A stretch of 64,000 nucleotides of DNA, taken from Bugula neritina (taxonomy: Eukaryota > Animalia > Bryozoa). Shown one piece after another: positions 25,301 to 41,437 of this stretch. The position numbers and the translations under genes were made by a program. Numbering within the stretch: the stretch's first letter is position 1; each line of letters opens with the position of its first letter. The notes beneath the pieces were generated by a model, which did no database searches, was not told the DNA's origin, and saw only the letters and a program-made list of their open reading frames with translations. Where the stretch lies: contig OZ037771.1 in NCBI GenBank assembly GCA_964035545.1, forward strand, positions 383,628 to 447,627, given 5' to 3'.

Positions 25301-28300
25301 TTTCCCTAGTAGAAGACGTTTTGCCAAGTCTTTCTTATAAAATGCTTCAAATACATCTTTTCCTACAAAACAGTTACGATACAATCAGTTAAACTCTTCA
25401 ACAACAACAACGTTAGGAGTACACAGCTGTACTGTAAGAGTATAGGAGTATAAGAGTACACAGCTGTAGTATAAGAGTACACAGCTGTAGTATAAGAGTA
25501 CACAGCTGTAGTATAAGAGTACACAGCTGTACTATAAGAGTACACAGCTGTATTATAAGAGTACACAGCTGTAGTATAAGAGTACACAGCTGTACTATAA
25601 GAGTACACAGCTGTAGTATAAGAGTATAAGAGTATAAGAGTATAAGAGCGTGGCACTCACCTTGAATAAACCGAAACAAGACCATTATCTTGTCAAGGGT
25701 TCTCTCCAGCTCGTCTTCTGTCAGCTCCTTGTTGCCAGTCTTTAACTTCGTATCAACATACCTACATCACATTATAGAGAGTGTATACTTACACATAGTG
25801 TATACTTACACACAGATAATGTATACTTACACATAGATAATGTGCACTTACACACAGATAATGTTTACTTACACATAGATGACATACTGTAGGTAACCAT
25901 GATAAAAATAACTCACTTGGCTATTAATTCTGCAGGTTTGCTCTGCCGTTTGTTGATAAACTCTTCAAAAGCATCTTTTCGCTTGTTGACAAACAATTCA
26001 TCATTTCTAAAGTCATCCATGACGATGTAGTCGATCTTGTCTTTGAAATCTAAACAGTCAAAAATAACTACACTGACACTGTTACTAACACTGACTATTA
26101 ACAGTGACTACACTGACACTGTTACTAACACTGACTACTAGCAGTAACTACTACCAGTGACTACTAACATTGACTACACTGACACTGTTACTGACAGTGA
26201 CTACTAACAGTGACTACACGGACTACTAGCAGTGACTACTAGCAGTGACTACTAACACTGACTAATAACACTAACTAACTGAAGCAAGGCAGAGGAGAGC
26301 AAGGCAGAGGATGGTAAAGCTACCCACCAAGCAGACTCTGCACCAGGTTCCTGTCCTTCTCAAGGTCAGCCGAAGGATTATTGACAAGCTCTGTGCCGGC
26401 TGCCTTCACATATTTGCCGAAAGCCATGGCCAGCTCCATCTTGCCGTCCTTGACCTTCTCAAAGAGCGAGTACATGAGTGTGAGGTCGGGATGTCTATTG
26501 TCGGCCATCAGACTGCCCAAACCCTTGGCTAGTATTGCCTTTACGTGTCTCTCTATCAAGTTACACTCTACTATCAGGATGAGTTCCTTTCTGTAACACC
26601 GAGAATACAGGCTCTACATAACTTACTCTATCTACACAGTACGCACTTTCTCTGTCAGCATAGTAATGTGGGCGGTACTCACACTGTCAGTATAGCAATG
26701 TGGGCGGTACTTACTCTGCTAACATAGCAATGTGGGCGGTACTCACTTAGTTGACATGTCGAGGTAGTGATGCAGTCGCTCGTGCTCCTCTATGATTCGC
26801 TGGTTGACATGCGCCAAGTACTGTGGAACCTCCAGCTCTGAGCTCAGCTTGTGACCTTCCAGTTTGTAGAGCTCATCAGTTGCGTTCAGGAAATGCCTTT
26901 CAAATACCTTCCCGTATATCTACAGCACACTGATTTCTACAGCACACTGATTTCTACAGCACACTGATGTCTACAGCACACTGATATGTCTACAGCACAC
27001 TGATATGTCTACAGCACACTGATGTCTACAACACACTGCTCTCTACAGCACACTGATGTCTACAGCACACTGATGTCAACAACACACTGATATCTACAGC
27101 ACACTGATGTCTACAGCACACTGATGTCAACAACACACTGATATCTACAGCACACTGATGTCTACAGCACACTGATGTCAACAACACACTGATATCTACA
27201 ACACACTGATGTCTACAGCACACTGATATGTCTACAGCACACTGATGTCAACAACACACTGATATCTACAGCACACTGATGTCTACAGCACACTGATGTC
27301 AACAACACACTGATGTCTACAGCACACTGATGTCAACAACACACTGATATCTACAACACACTGATGTCTACAGCACACTGATATGTCTACAGCACACTGA
27401 TGTCTACAGCACACTGATGTCTACAGCACACTGATGTCTACAGCACACTGATGTCTATAACACACTGATATGTCTACAGCACACTGATGTCTACAGCACA
27501 CTGATGTCTACAGCACACTGATGTCTACAGCACACTGATGTCTTGGAGCAACTCAAAGCAAGTAGTCAGTGAGCTAACCTGCAGGTCTGTCAGCATTCGG
27601 AGAAGATTTTTGATGAGACTTCTGTCAATGGTTTCCTGTTTACGCTCTCGGGCTATGAGGAGGAGAATGCCGTCTAGAAGTCGCTTCTGTATGGAGGAGG
27701 GAGTTAGGATGTGCAGTCTGAAGAGATCGAGTCCCATGTCCCTGTGTCATACCAAGACAGAACCATACATTGGGAAGATAACTCTATGTACCAAGAATTT
27801 TATAGTACAAGCACTTCACAAGAAGACTATTTGTCACTCACCAAATAGATGCAATGTGAGAATTCTGCAGAACATAATTTCTATCCAAGACGAGAAATAT
27901 ACTTCTTATGAGAATCTGCAACAAAATGGTTTACAATATACCGTTATAATATATTAGCATATATTATTGTAATACATTAACAATTAACATATATTATAAC
28001 GTATAATATAGGTGACTACCATCTGGTCACAGTGACTTTGCCAAGTAGAGTTGATGACTTTAAGGAACTGCTCAGTGTCTGCAGAATGGTAGAGGAATCT
28101 GTCTGTACAGGTGAGTATGTACGTCTCACACTGACTTCTCAACTTGTCATACAGCTGGGAGGACATGTTGTGAGTACAGAGACTGTCCACTCCCTGGTAC
28201 AGCTCCTCCAGGCTGCTGCTAACTGACCTCTGGTGGTGAATCGCGTCCACTGCATCCTTCAGTTTATTCCACGTGTCATCCTGATAATTGTCTGGTAGTC

Positions 28301-28624
28301 TTGGTCTCTCTGTACAAACAAAGTAGCACCGTGAGCTTGCTTATTGTCAGTAAACAACAGTATAACTATTACTACTCCACCATCAGTCATGTAACAGTAT
28401 AAAAACTTATGTAACAGCATAAAGATGGAGATAGGTGGAAGGAACTGATACAAGAATATGAGTATTGGTGAAAGTTCTTCACCTAACTCAGAAATACTTT
28501 CAACTGTTACGTTACCTTTAAACCCTTTGATAACCAGTTTCTTTATTCCAACTTGCTTGTTAACTGCAGGCTGTTTTATGGCATTATTATAAGACTCAAA
28601 GTTAGCCAATCTTCCATTACTCAT
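22391..28624 (-). CDS. CUL4: Cullin-4; about 14 coding exons; an additional upstream exon is possible
   Basis: [95 protein letters not shown]...YKA*. Confidence 0.96.
23640..23987. repeat. 57-bp donor-duplication array in CUL4
   Basis: 5 extra copies of about 34 nt of exon end plus 23 nt of intron start. Confidence 0.95.
24100..24855. repeat. 20-22 bp donor-duplication array in CUL4 (minus GTGTGTCTGTATACTCTAAG)
   Basis: About 36 copies starting at the donor at 24850. Confidence 0.95.
26920..27540. repeat. 17-19 bp acceptor-duplication array in CUL4 (minus ACATCAGTGTGCTGTAG)
   Basis: About 36 copies ending at the acceptor at 26920. Confidence 0.95.
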
Positions 28625-30293
28625 CTTAGTTGCTTTACATATAATATGAGACAAATGTTAACAATGTATCAACTACTGTTACTGTAAAACTACAGGTTAA
28701 TAACTTTAATTGGCAGCAAACACTAAATATTTTAATGCTGCTGTTATGTTATGCAAGATAATATGAAACAAAAGTTTTTTATCAAATTTTCAAAACACAT
28801 TTTAACTAGTTATACAATTTATCACAATATTTTTTGTAAATCCACAAACACATTGTCCCATGGCTCAAAGAGTCTGAACGGATTCTAATTCATACTAAAT
28901 GACAATGAGCTACCACTATAACTGAATTCTTAAACAAACAGTTAAACATCAAACATCTATTACACTAACAGTAATTACTAATTAGTAACAAATGGGCTAA
29001 AATCAAGGTAAAAATAGTGACTTACTGAATGGTTGTGATTGCAGAACAAATATAGATCTTTTATACTGACTAATAATCAGTGATTGCGAGTGAATGTATC
29101 AGTACGATTATTATAATCATTCATTGGCTGTAAATGTAATGGTCATGTTGTGTTGCATCAGTCTGTGATACCCAAAACTCACTGGTGAATTGCATTAAAT
29201 GTAACTAGCACAACGAGTGTAACAAGTAACACCAACAAGCAACAATATAACTGTAAGTAAGTACTGGCAACGAAAGCAAATGATAATCAATATCAATATG
29301 AATCGTCACTTGTCAGGGTCAGCGACAATCACAATAATGGAATTGGGTAACAATTAATCCCTCAGATTTTATGACTTAATCAAATTAAGAAACCGAGTCA
29401 CTGTCACTGCGACTGAGTAAATCTTAGTCAATCGAAAGAAGTGAATCACTGAAAGTGAGTGATTCAACGGGTATCAAATAATTATAATAATATTAATAAC
29501 ATTAACTATCACTATCAGGATCTATCACTGATCAACTCTATCACTATCACTATGTGATTATAAATTATCTAATAGTAATAATAAAATTATTTGATATCAT
29601 ATTAATTATTCTTCTTATCCTAAACTTTTACTCCAACTTTGAAACCACTCGGAGACAGTATGACTATGAGTATGAGTACCACAGTGACACTGACTGAGAG
29701 AGACCTGACAGTTACTGGTTAGTGTTACACTTTGACTTTCACTTACAGACTCGGAATATGATTCAGTGAGATTGAGTGGGCATTGCAGGCTAGAACACAC
29801 CCATGTCATATTTTTAAATGTCTAAATTCAAGATCAGAAGCTCAATTTATATATCACTCGTTCTAACTCTATAGACGCAGAATGTGAATGGTCAAGTTCT
29901 CAGCTTCTCTTCTCACTTGCAGCTGTGACTTTGCCTAGACGTCTTCTTAGACCGGAGGTGGGGGTTCAACTTTAGTCTTCACAGAAATGCCAAGAGCCGT
30001 GGAAAATTCGTCAAATTGTTTTATTTAGAGCTTTTGTGAATTCAATAGTTATCATCTCTTGCTCAACAGTTTTACTCAAAGGGAAGACAACTTTCACTGT
30101 GCACAAACTTGAGAGGTACATTGAAAGACCGACAAATCTATTATAAATTTCTATTTCAGGGGATGTGGCAATACTAAATTAAAACTATTCAAACTATTAA
30201 ATTCGTACACATGAACACATAATTTTAGATTTCCTGAAATTGGCTGGTGCAGATAAAAAGACAGGAACATAGGTTTCTCAACATTTATTAGGC

Positions 30294-31269
30294 TTAAGCA
30301 ATGAATTCATAAGGAATTGGCTCGACTATTTCAGGTTTAGTTTTCTTAGAGCTGACAAAGTGAGCTGGTCTTGGCCCGACAGGCTGTCTCTTCAACTCAA
30401 CCTTGCTTCCCTCTGCACGAGCCTTTGCCTTCAGCTCCTCATTCTGCTGCATCCTCTTGATGAAGTCCAGGCGGCAGTTGGAGTGTTTGATGTGCTCAAT
30501 TCTGACGTTGATTTGTTTGGGCAGAATTCGTCCACTGTAAAGTGGAGATTAAATAATTGAACGTTGGCAATAATGTTTGCAAGTGTGAGTAGAAAACTAC
30601 TAACTTAGTGTACAATTAGATAGAATTAACTTGCTGGCCCAATCACTCACCGAACTCTTTTGTTGACTACCACACCAACAGCATGTTTGGTGACATTGAA
30701 CACACGCCCTGTTCTGCCATGGTAAGACTTATGAGGCATGCCCTTTTGAATAGCTCCATCACCCTAAACAAAGTCAAACAAACTGGCGTTAGAATATTAC
30801 AAACAATCATTCAGGTCGACATTGAACACAGTACATGACTACATCAAACTCCTATTGGATAATTTACATTTCTTATATACTCTACGAGCCAATTCACTTC
30901 TGCACCTCCATTGATTACATAAACTTTGACTAGCAAGCACACCAAAACAGCTGTTCCAACGGGCTTTCACCTCAATTGTTTTTATCAATATATGTAAATT
31001 GGTCTACTTGAATACTTGAATAATTTCTGACCTTGAATATAGTAATTGGTTTTAGCTAGGACAATTTTTCTAAATAACAAAGAAAGTCAGTTCTTTCAAC
31101 TAATAAACTCACAATGAAAAATGACAATTTAAAAGCTAACCTTGATGTCGACATAGTCACCGACTTTATAAACTTTCAAATAACGTGATAAACCAGTGAC
31201 TCCATGTCTCTTGAAGTCTCTGCTGAACATGTACCTGGTACCACGTCTATATCCTTTTGTGTTCGTCAT
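30294..31269 (-). CDS. RPL21: 60S ribosomal protein L21 (eL21); exons 31269-31141, 30763-30651, 30534-30294
   Basis: [23 protein letters not shown]...GDYVDIK|[24 protein letters not shown]...[11 protein letters not shown]...PIPYEFIA*. Confidence 0.98.
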
Positions 31270-31784
31270 GGTGCCTACAAAGTACAAATGTTTAATCTTA
31301 CACACACATATATATATTATTATTATACAACAAACAGCTTTTTGACAAAACAAAATTTTAACCTTGCAAGTGACATTGTTATCCTCATAGTTATTGTTAG
31401 TGGAACTGTATAATTACAATAATTACATCCATGAACTATACATTAAAATACAATAAAATGAAAGTGACATATACTAATAAAAAAGTTTAGATTGTTCTCA
31501 CTCTGCTGTACTAGTTACTACTAGTACTATTTGTAGTTGTACTACTACTAGTACTTGTATTTGAGTTTGACTATTACTATTAGTATTAGTATTTCACTCA
31601 ACTCACCTCGTAAAAATACAAAATCAAAATGAAAATGCTTGCTATATCAAAACACGATGCTTTTGAATAAGTATAAACAACACAAAAAAATTACTAATTT
31701 TACTTATGGACAGTTTAGGAGCGCTAAACGCGACTAGAATAGCGCTCATTTAATTTAATATAGAGAAAAAAAGCATGAACAAAC

Positions 31785-31820
31785 CTCGTTTAAATGGTGA
31801 CCACCTGGAAAAAGAAATAA
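31785..31820 (-). promoter_or_regulatory. Probable RPL21 TCT/5'TOP start and non-coding first exon
   Basis: Minus strand TTATTTCTTTTTCCAGG...AAACGAG|GTTTGT: a pyrimidine initiator typical of ribosomal protein genes followed by a donor; acceptor TTTGTAG just before the ATG. Confidence 0.7.
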
Positions 31821-32757
31821 CCTCGTATTTTATCGGCTATCCGAGAACAACACAGGACCTTTTTTAGTACAAATTTTTTTTTGTTTTTTATAAAAACAAA
31901 CATTTTGCTTAATTATCAAAAAAATGTATGTCTATAATCAAATTTCCTAAACAAAGTTGCAGTAGCTTTGAATAGGTAAAGTGTTGCTAAGCCACTTCGG
32001 TTTCTATATTTCCGCTAATAATATTCTATTTCGACTTCAAGTTAATCATTCAATTATGCTTATGGTTAGGATTAACATTGTGATTGTGCAACACATTGAC
32101 TTGCATTATGCATAATAAAACTTAATTAATTGAAATCAACAAAAAATTGTTTTTCTCTTTTTTAGTCAGCCTGCAAGCGTTGGGTACTAATACTAATAGT
32201 AATAGTAATAATCATGGTGTGAATTTAGTTTCATTTTGATATCGTCTAACATTAACAAATTGAAATACTAATAGTAATAGTAATACTAATAGTAATACTA
32301 ATAGTAATACATCTACAATAAGTATAACAATATTTTTAGTTTCCCATAATGATTTTGATAATAATAATTATTGCTGTTATATACACTTATAGTCGTGCTC
32401 ATCCGGACACTAATTTATGCTTTTATGCAATAAATTAAAATAGTAGTCATAATTAATAATAATTCTAAGATTTCGTTTTTTCTTCACCATAAGTCTAAAC
32501 TGTAAAGTAAAGTGGTAAAACAAAGTCTAGTTGTTAAGACAGAGAGTGAAAGTAGTAGTAGTAGTAGTATTAGTCAATTTTTTATTGAGTTATAGCAACT
32601 TACACTAATAACATCTCTATAAAGTTAAACTGTTATTGTATGTTGTTCAGTCACACTGATTTAATTAATAGATGTTCAACTTCATTGCAGATAATTACGG
32701 AATTTGCTAAATGACGTCTATGCATTTGCAGCAAGAAAAACTTAATTCACCCATATA

Positions 32758-35700
32758 ATGGTAGGCACTGTATTTATTCACCCATCTATTTATAATGTTA
32801 GTTGCTGTGTATGGTATCTGCCATGACCCATGTAATTGCAATATCTAACTCAGCAGCTTGGATATTATTGTTATTTGTTCTACATATCAGGTTAAGTATT
32901 ATATAACTAACTCTAATATTCTAGACTTGAATTTCTGTCAATTTAGTTTAATACAATTCTTAAATTAGTAACAATGTTTTAACTATCAGACAGAAGTCTA
33001 AATATACTATGTATTTATCAAGTATAGTCTTGGAATTTCTAATAGTTTGGTTGTTGTATTTAGGGTGCGGGTGCATCACGTCTCGTTGATGAGATAGGAG
33101 ACAGATTCCCTGAGAATGAACACTTCTTTGGTCTAGTTAATGTATGTATAATGTTACCATTCTTGTTTACTAAATAAACTTATGTTGTATTTCACTAGAA
33201 AGTCTTGCCTCTGGTTTAACCTCCTTCATAAATTGCTGTAAATAAATTCACTCCATTCATTCTCAGAAGCCGTGTTGATTTTCAGAAAAAATAATATATT
33301 GGAATATATGTGCATATATGTTATACACTGCAGTTTGGCAACACGTGTTACTGTAACTCTGTCCTACAAGCCCTCTATTTCTGTGAGCCGTTCAGAGAGA
33401 AGGTTCTGGTCTATCGGCAGCAGCAGAAGAGCAGCAAGAAGGAGAGCTTGCTCTCCTGTCTCTGTGACCTCTTCCATCTCATTGCTACTCAGAAGAAGAG
33501 AGTTGGTAAAATCGCACCAAAGAAGTTCATAGCCAAACTACGTAAAGAAAACGGTACCAGCTTTTTACTTAGATTAGGTTAAGTTGTTGATACAAACAGT
33601 CATGTTGATACAAACAGCCATGTTGGTACTAACAGTCATGTTGATACAAACAGTCATGTTGATACTAACAGTCATGTTGATACTAACAGTCATGTTGATA
33701 CTAACAGTCATGTTGATACAAACAGTCATGTTGATACAAACAGTCATGTTGATACTAACAGTCATGTTGATACAAACAGTATTGTTGATACATACAGTAT
33801 TGTTGATACAAACAATGCTTGGAATATTCCAGAATGCTTTGACAACTATATGCAACAGGATGCACACGAATTCCTCAACTACTTACTCAACACCATAGCA
33901 GAGACAGTGGAAGGTTAGTCTTGAATCTAAACATCTAAACATCAAATATTATGTTGCTGTAATATACATATCACAGCTGATATTAGGAGCTATTCTCTCT
34001 ATCCAAATAGTTTCAATGTTCTTGTTTATTTAGAGTCAAGATTTTTAAGTAGAAGTAATATTTTATAGAAAAAGTTCTATTGGCCTTTTTTCATTTTTTA
34101 GACAAAATTTACATTTGAAATAGAATCACTTTAAAAAAAGTGATGAGCCTTGCAAGTGTGTGTGCCGTAATAATATAGCACAGGTGTTATCTTCTCAATG
34201 TAAACATGATTAAGTCTGTACTGTAGTTATGTAATGCAGGAGTTATCACCTCTATATACACATGCACTGTATTATTATACTGCAGGAGTTATCACCTCTA
34301 TATAATCATATATTGTATTATTATACTGCAGGAGTTATCACCTCTATATAAACATATACTGTATTATTATACTGCAGGAGTTATCACCTCTAAATAATCA
34401 TATACTGTATTATTATACTGCAGGAGTTATCACCTCTATATAAACATATACTGTATTATTATACTGCAGGAGTTATCACCTCTAAATAATCATATACTGT
34501 ATTATTATACTGCAGGAGTTATCACCTCTATATAATCATATACTGTATTATACTGCAGGAGTTATCACCTCTATATAATCATATACTGTATTATACTGCA
34601 GGAGTTATCACCTCTATATAATCATATACTGTATTATACTACAGGAGTAACTAAAGAATCCGGCTCTACTAAAACAGGGGAGACTTCATCTGAACCTGCT
34701 GACGCAGACAGTAGCAAGAAGAAGAACCCCACTTGGGTTCATGAACTCTTCCAAGGCACGCTGACCAATGAGACACGCTGTCTCAACTGTGAAACTGTGA
34801 GTAACAAAGACGAAGACTTCCTGGACCTGTCAGTTGACGTGGAGAACAACACGTCCATCACTCACTGTCTGCGAGGATTCTCCAGCACCGAGACGTTACG
34901 TAGTGAGCACAAGTACTACTGTGAGGTGTGCTGTAGCAAACAGGAGGCCCAGAAGAGGTGATCATATAGTAATGTAGTGATATAGTGTAATATAGTATGT
35001 AGTGATATAGTGTAATATAGTATGTAGTGATATAGTGTAATATAGTATGTAGTGATATAGTGTAATATAGTATGTAGTGATATAGTGTAATATAGTATGT
35101 AGTGATATAGTGTAATATAGTATGTAGTGATATAGTGTAATATAGTATGTAGTGATATAGTGTAATATAGTATGTAGTGATATAGTGTAATATAGTATGT
35201 AGTGATATAGTGTAATATATTTGCTGAATAACAAAATAATATGTTATATGCTGAATAATATAATATATCTGCTTGTAGAATGAGAATTAAGAAACTGCCC
35301 CACATATTAGCTCTTCACTTGAAAAGGTTTAAATACGTCGAACAGTTACAGAGGTTCACCAAACTGTCGTATAGAGTTGTCTTTCCTTTTGAACTGCGTT
35401 TATTCAACACTGTAAGTGCTCTCTGCTCACTCATACAGCTATTATGTGTTGTTTGTGTGTATACAATGTATTGTATTGTGTGTGCTGTATTGTGTGTACT
35501 GTATTGTGTGTAATGTATTGTGTGTACTGTATTGTGTGTACTGTATTGTGTGTACTGTATTGTGTGTACTGTATTGTGTGTACTGTATTGTGTGTACTGT
35601 ATTGTGTGTACTGTATTGTGTATAATGTATATTATGTACACTAGAATTCTCTATTGCAGTCAGACGATGCGTATAACCCAGAGAGACTGTACGACCTGGT

Positions 35701-36330
35701 AGCTGTGGTGGTGCACTGCGGTGTCGGCCCAAACAGAGGTCACTACATCAGTCTAGTCAAGAGTCACGGGCTATGGCTCTTGTTTGATGATGACAGCGTT
35801 GAGGTGTGTGTGTGTGTGTATGCTATACACGTACATGTATATATACTATTCTACACGTACATGTGTATGCTACATACTATTCTACACGTACATGTGTATG
35901 CTACATACTATTCTACACGTACATGTATATATATTATACTATTCTACACGTACATGTATATATACTATACTATTCTACACTTACATGTGTATATACTATA
36001 CTATACTACACGTACATGTGTATATACTACATACTATTCTACACGTACATGTGTATATACTATACTATTCTACACGCACATGTATATACACTATACTACT
36101 CTACACGTACATGTATATATACTGTACTATTCTACACGTACATGTATATATACTGTACTATTCTACACGTACATGTATATATACTATACTATTCTACACG
36201 TACATGTATATACTATACTATACTGTAGAGAGTGCAGGCCACTCAACTGGAGGACTTCTATGGCCTCACGTCTGGAGATCAGAGGAACACCGAGTCCGGC
36301 TATATCCTGTTTTATCAGTCTAGAGAGTGA
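32758..36330 (+). CDS. USP12: Ubiquitin-specific protease USP12/USP46 orthologue
   Basis: M|[26 protein letters not shown]|[17 protein letters not shown] (Cys box), [39 protein letters not shown] (His box), [11 protein letters not shown]. An alternative ATG|GT first exon is possible at 32056-32064. Confidence 0.95.
33585..33812. repeat. 18-bp repeat (TGTTGATACAAACAGTCA) in a USP intron
   Basis: About 12 copies. Confidence 0.9.
34235..34648. repeat. 43-46 bp acceptor-duplication array in USP12/46
   Basis: 9 TGCAG|GAGTTA decoys precede the real TACAG|GAGTAA at 34644. Confidence 0.92.
34972..36225. repeat. Three separate intronic minisatellites in USP12/46 (34972-35218, 35470-35622, 35825-36225)
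   Basis: 25-bp, 15-bp and about 30-bp units respectively. Confidence 0.9.
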
Positions 36331-37749
36331 ATAACCTTGACCTAGCCATCACTCTGCAGAGTGAATGACCTTGACCTAGCCGTCACTCTAGAGAGTGAAT
36401 GAGTATTTTATACTGATACCCAGCATGAATTGGGAGTTGATCAAAGGACTAATAATAATTTAAACTCTAATTTACTTTATTTCTATATTTATACCTCATA
36501 ATTTGTTCGTGGGAACAGTTTTCACATTATGCTTGCTGTCATCGTATCTATACACAACCTTCCAATGCAATATTCTTATATATCTTTTCACTCCACCAGT
36601 CCTCGTCCCCTAGTTAGATGTAATTCATAGTGCTGTGTTATGTAGAGCCTTACTGTCTGATAGTAACAGTACTACTGGTACTATCAGTACTACTAGTAGT
36701 ACTGATACTACCAGTAGTACTGGTACTAATAGTACTACCATTACTACTACAACTGAACTAGTAGTACTGTTGAGTACATTGGCATTAGATCACCCTTTGC
36801 AGCTCATTCTAGCCAAATTTGTTTTAAAACATTTTTATAGAGTTTAACTGAGACTTTTAGATTTAGTGCCTAGGTTTACCTATGCATACTAATTACTATT
36901 TACCTGTAATATTCTATTTGACTATTTCAAATGGTTTTTCTTGTATATACATATATTTTGTTGATAATATTATTATAATTTTGTTATAGAGAAGCATGTG
37001 CAAGTACTTATTAAATATATACATACTAATGTGCACCAACTGTACATGAATACTATGCCTTGTTGGTGGACTTATTTTTGCTTAATAGAGTGTAAATGTT
37101 AAGTTAGATTCACTTACATCTACAGCGGTTTACTAACCTTTACTGTGAGTTACTGACGTCAACTGTGGTTTACTTACGTCTATTGTGAAATTGAGAAATT
37201 TTAATAGACTGAAGTAATTTTTGTTATTTGTATCCAATGTACAATATTTATAAAATAACAAACCACGTTGTTAGAATACAATATTTATAAACTAGTGGAC
37301 TATATTGTTAGAATACAACAATTTGGTATTTCAACATGAGGTGAGTACAGTGTGTCGTCAAGAGAGTTGAATGCGTTACCCACCTGTTTCCTGTAATTGA
37401 AAGTGTTGTTGTTGTATCAGCTTCATGGTGAATGTTAGTATAGTATACCAGGATTTCTATCTAATAATATCTCCTGGTTTGTATGATTTAGTCACAACTC
37501 ATCAATATTGATGTATTTGATAGAATATGCAATATGAGCAATACTGACAAGTCATAATTGCTTTGCATTTATTAACAAAAATAAGATAATAAACTACCAA
37601 TAATTGACAAGTACTAAATCAATACCACCAGTGATATATAAATCTTCTGCAACTGCAGTTCTAGCCATAGTATGTGGTCCACCGATTCCCAAGAACAATA
37701 TTACATATTACTAATTTGATAAGATTGTCTGCCCATAGACTGTGCTCCC

Positions 37750-40884
<3,135 letters not shown>

Positions 40885-41437
40885 CTCACGGATATATGGT
40901 TACTCGTATATGCTTACACCCTGGGAGCTTACACAGTTGTATACTCACACACTTGGATGCTGTCCAGCGATAATGATTGAGGAGTTAATGAGGTTTGACC
41001 AGTGTCAACCTACTATTTATATTATATACTATTGCATCACAGCCGTGATCACGTGACCGAGTTCGTTGTCAGTGAGCAACGACCAGTTGCCATGGTTACT
41101 GCATTCTATACTGGTGAAGGAAACACAGTTATTTAAAGTATTTAATGTGCATACTCACAACTTATTAATATGTAGGTGCAGATAATATAATACAATAATA
41201 TAATATATTATATATATTTATAAGAAGCACTTATATACACATCATACAAAATATAACATACACAAATTCATGTACCATGTAATATATATAACCATTTTAC
41301 ACAGGAATTCACCATCCATGTTAATCATGAGGTGTAGTTTGACAATAATAAAGTTCAGAAGCTGTTCCCAAACTTCCCGATGCCTCCTGAATTATATTCG
41401 ATTGGTTGAAAGCTTCAGATCTAGACAGAGTCGCAGC

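Noticed and set aside
29615-29809. ORF MTWVCSS... as a CUL4 first coding exon
   Set aside because: A GTAAGT donor exists, but there is no recognisable homology; it may be a 5'UTR exon and cannot be resolved here.
30764-31784. Intronic snoRNAs in RPL21 (the vertebrate gene hosts some)
   Set aside because: No convincing C/D or H/ACA box arrangement by eye; an Infernal/Rfam search is needed.
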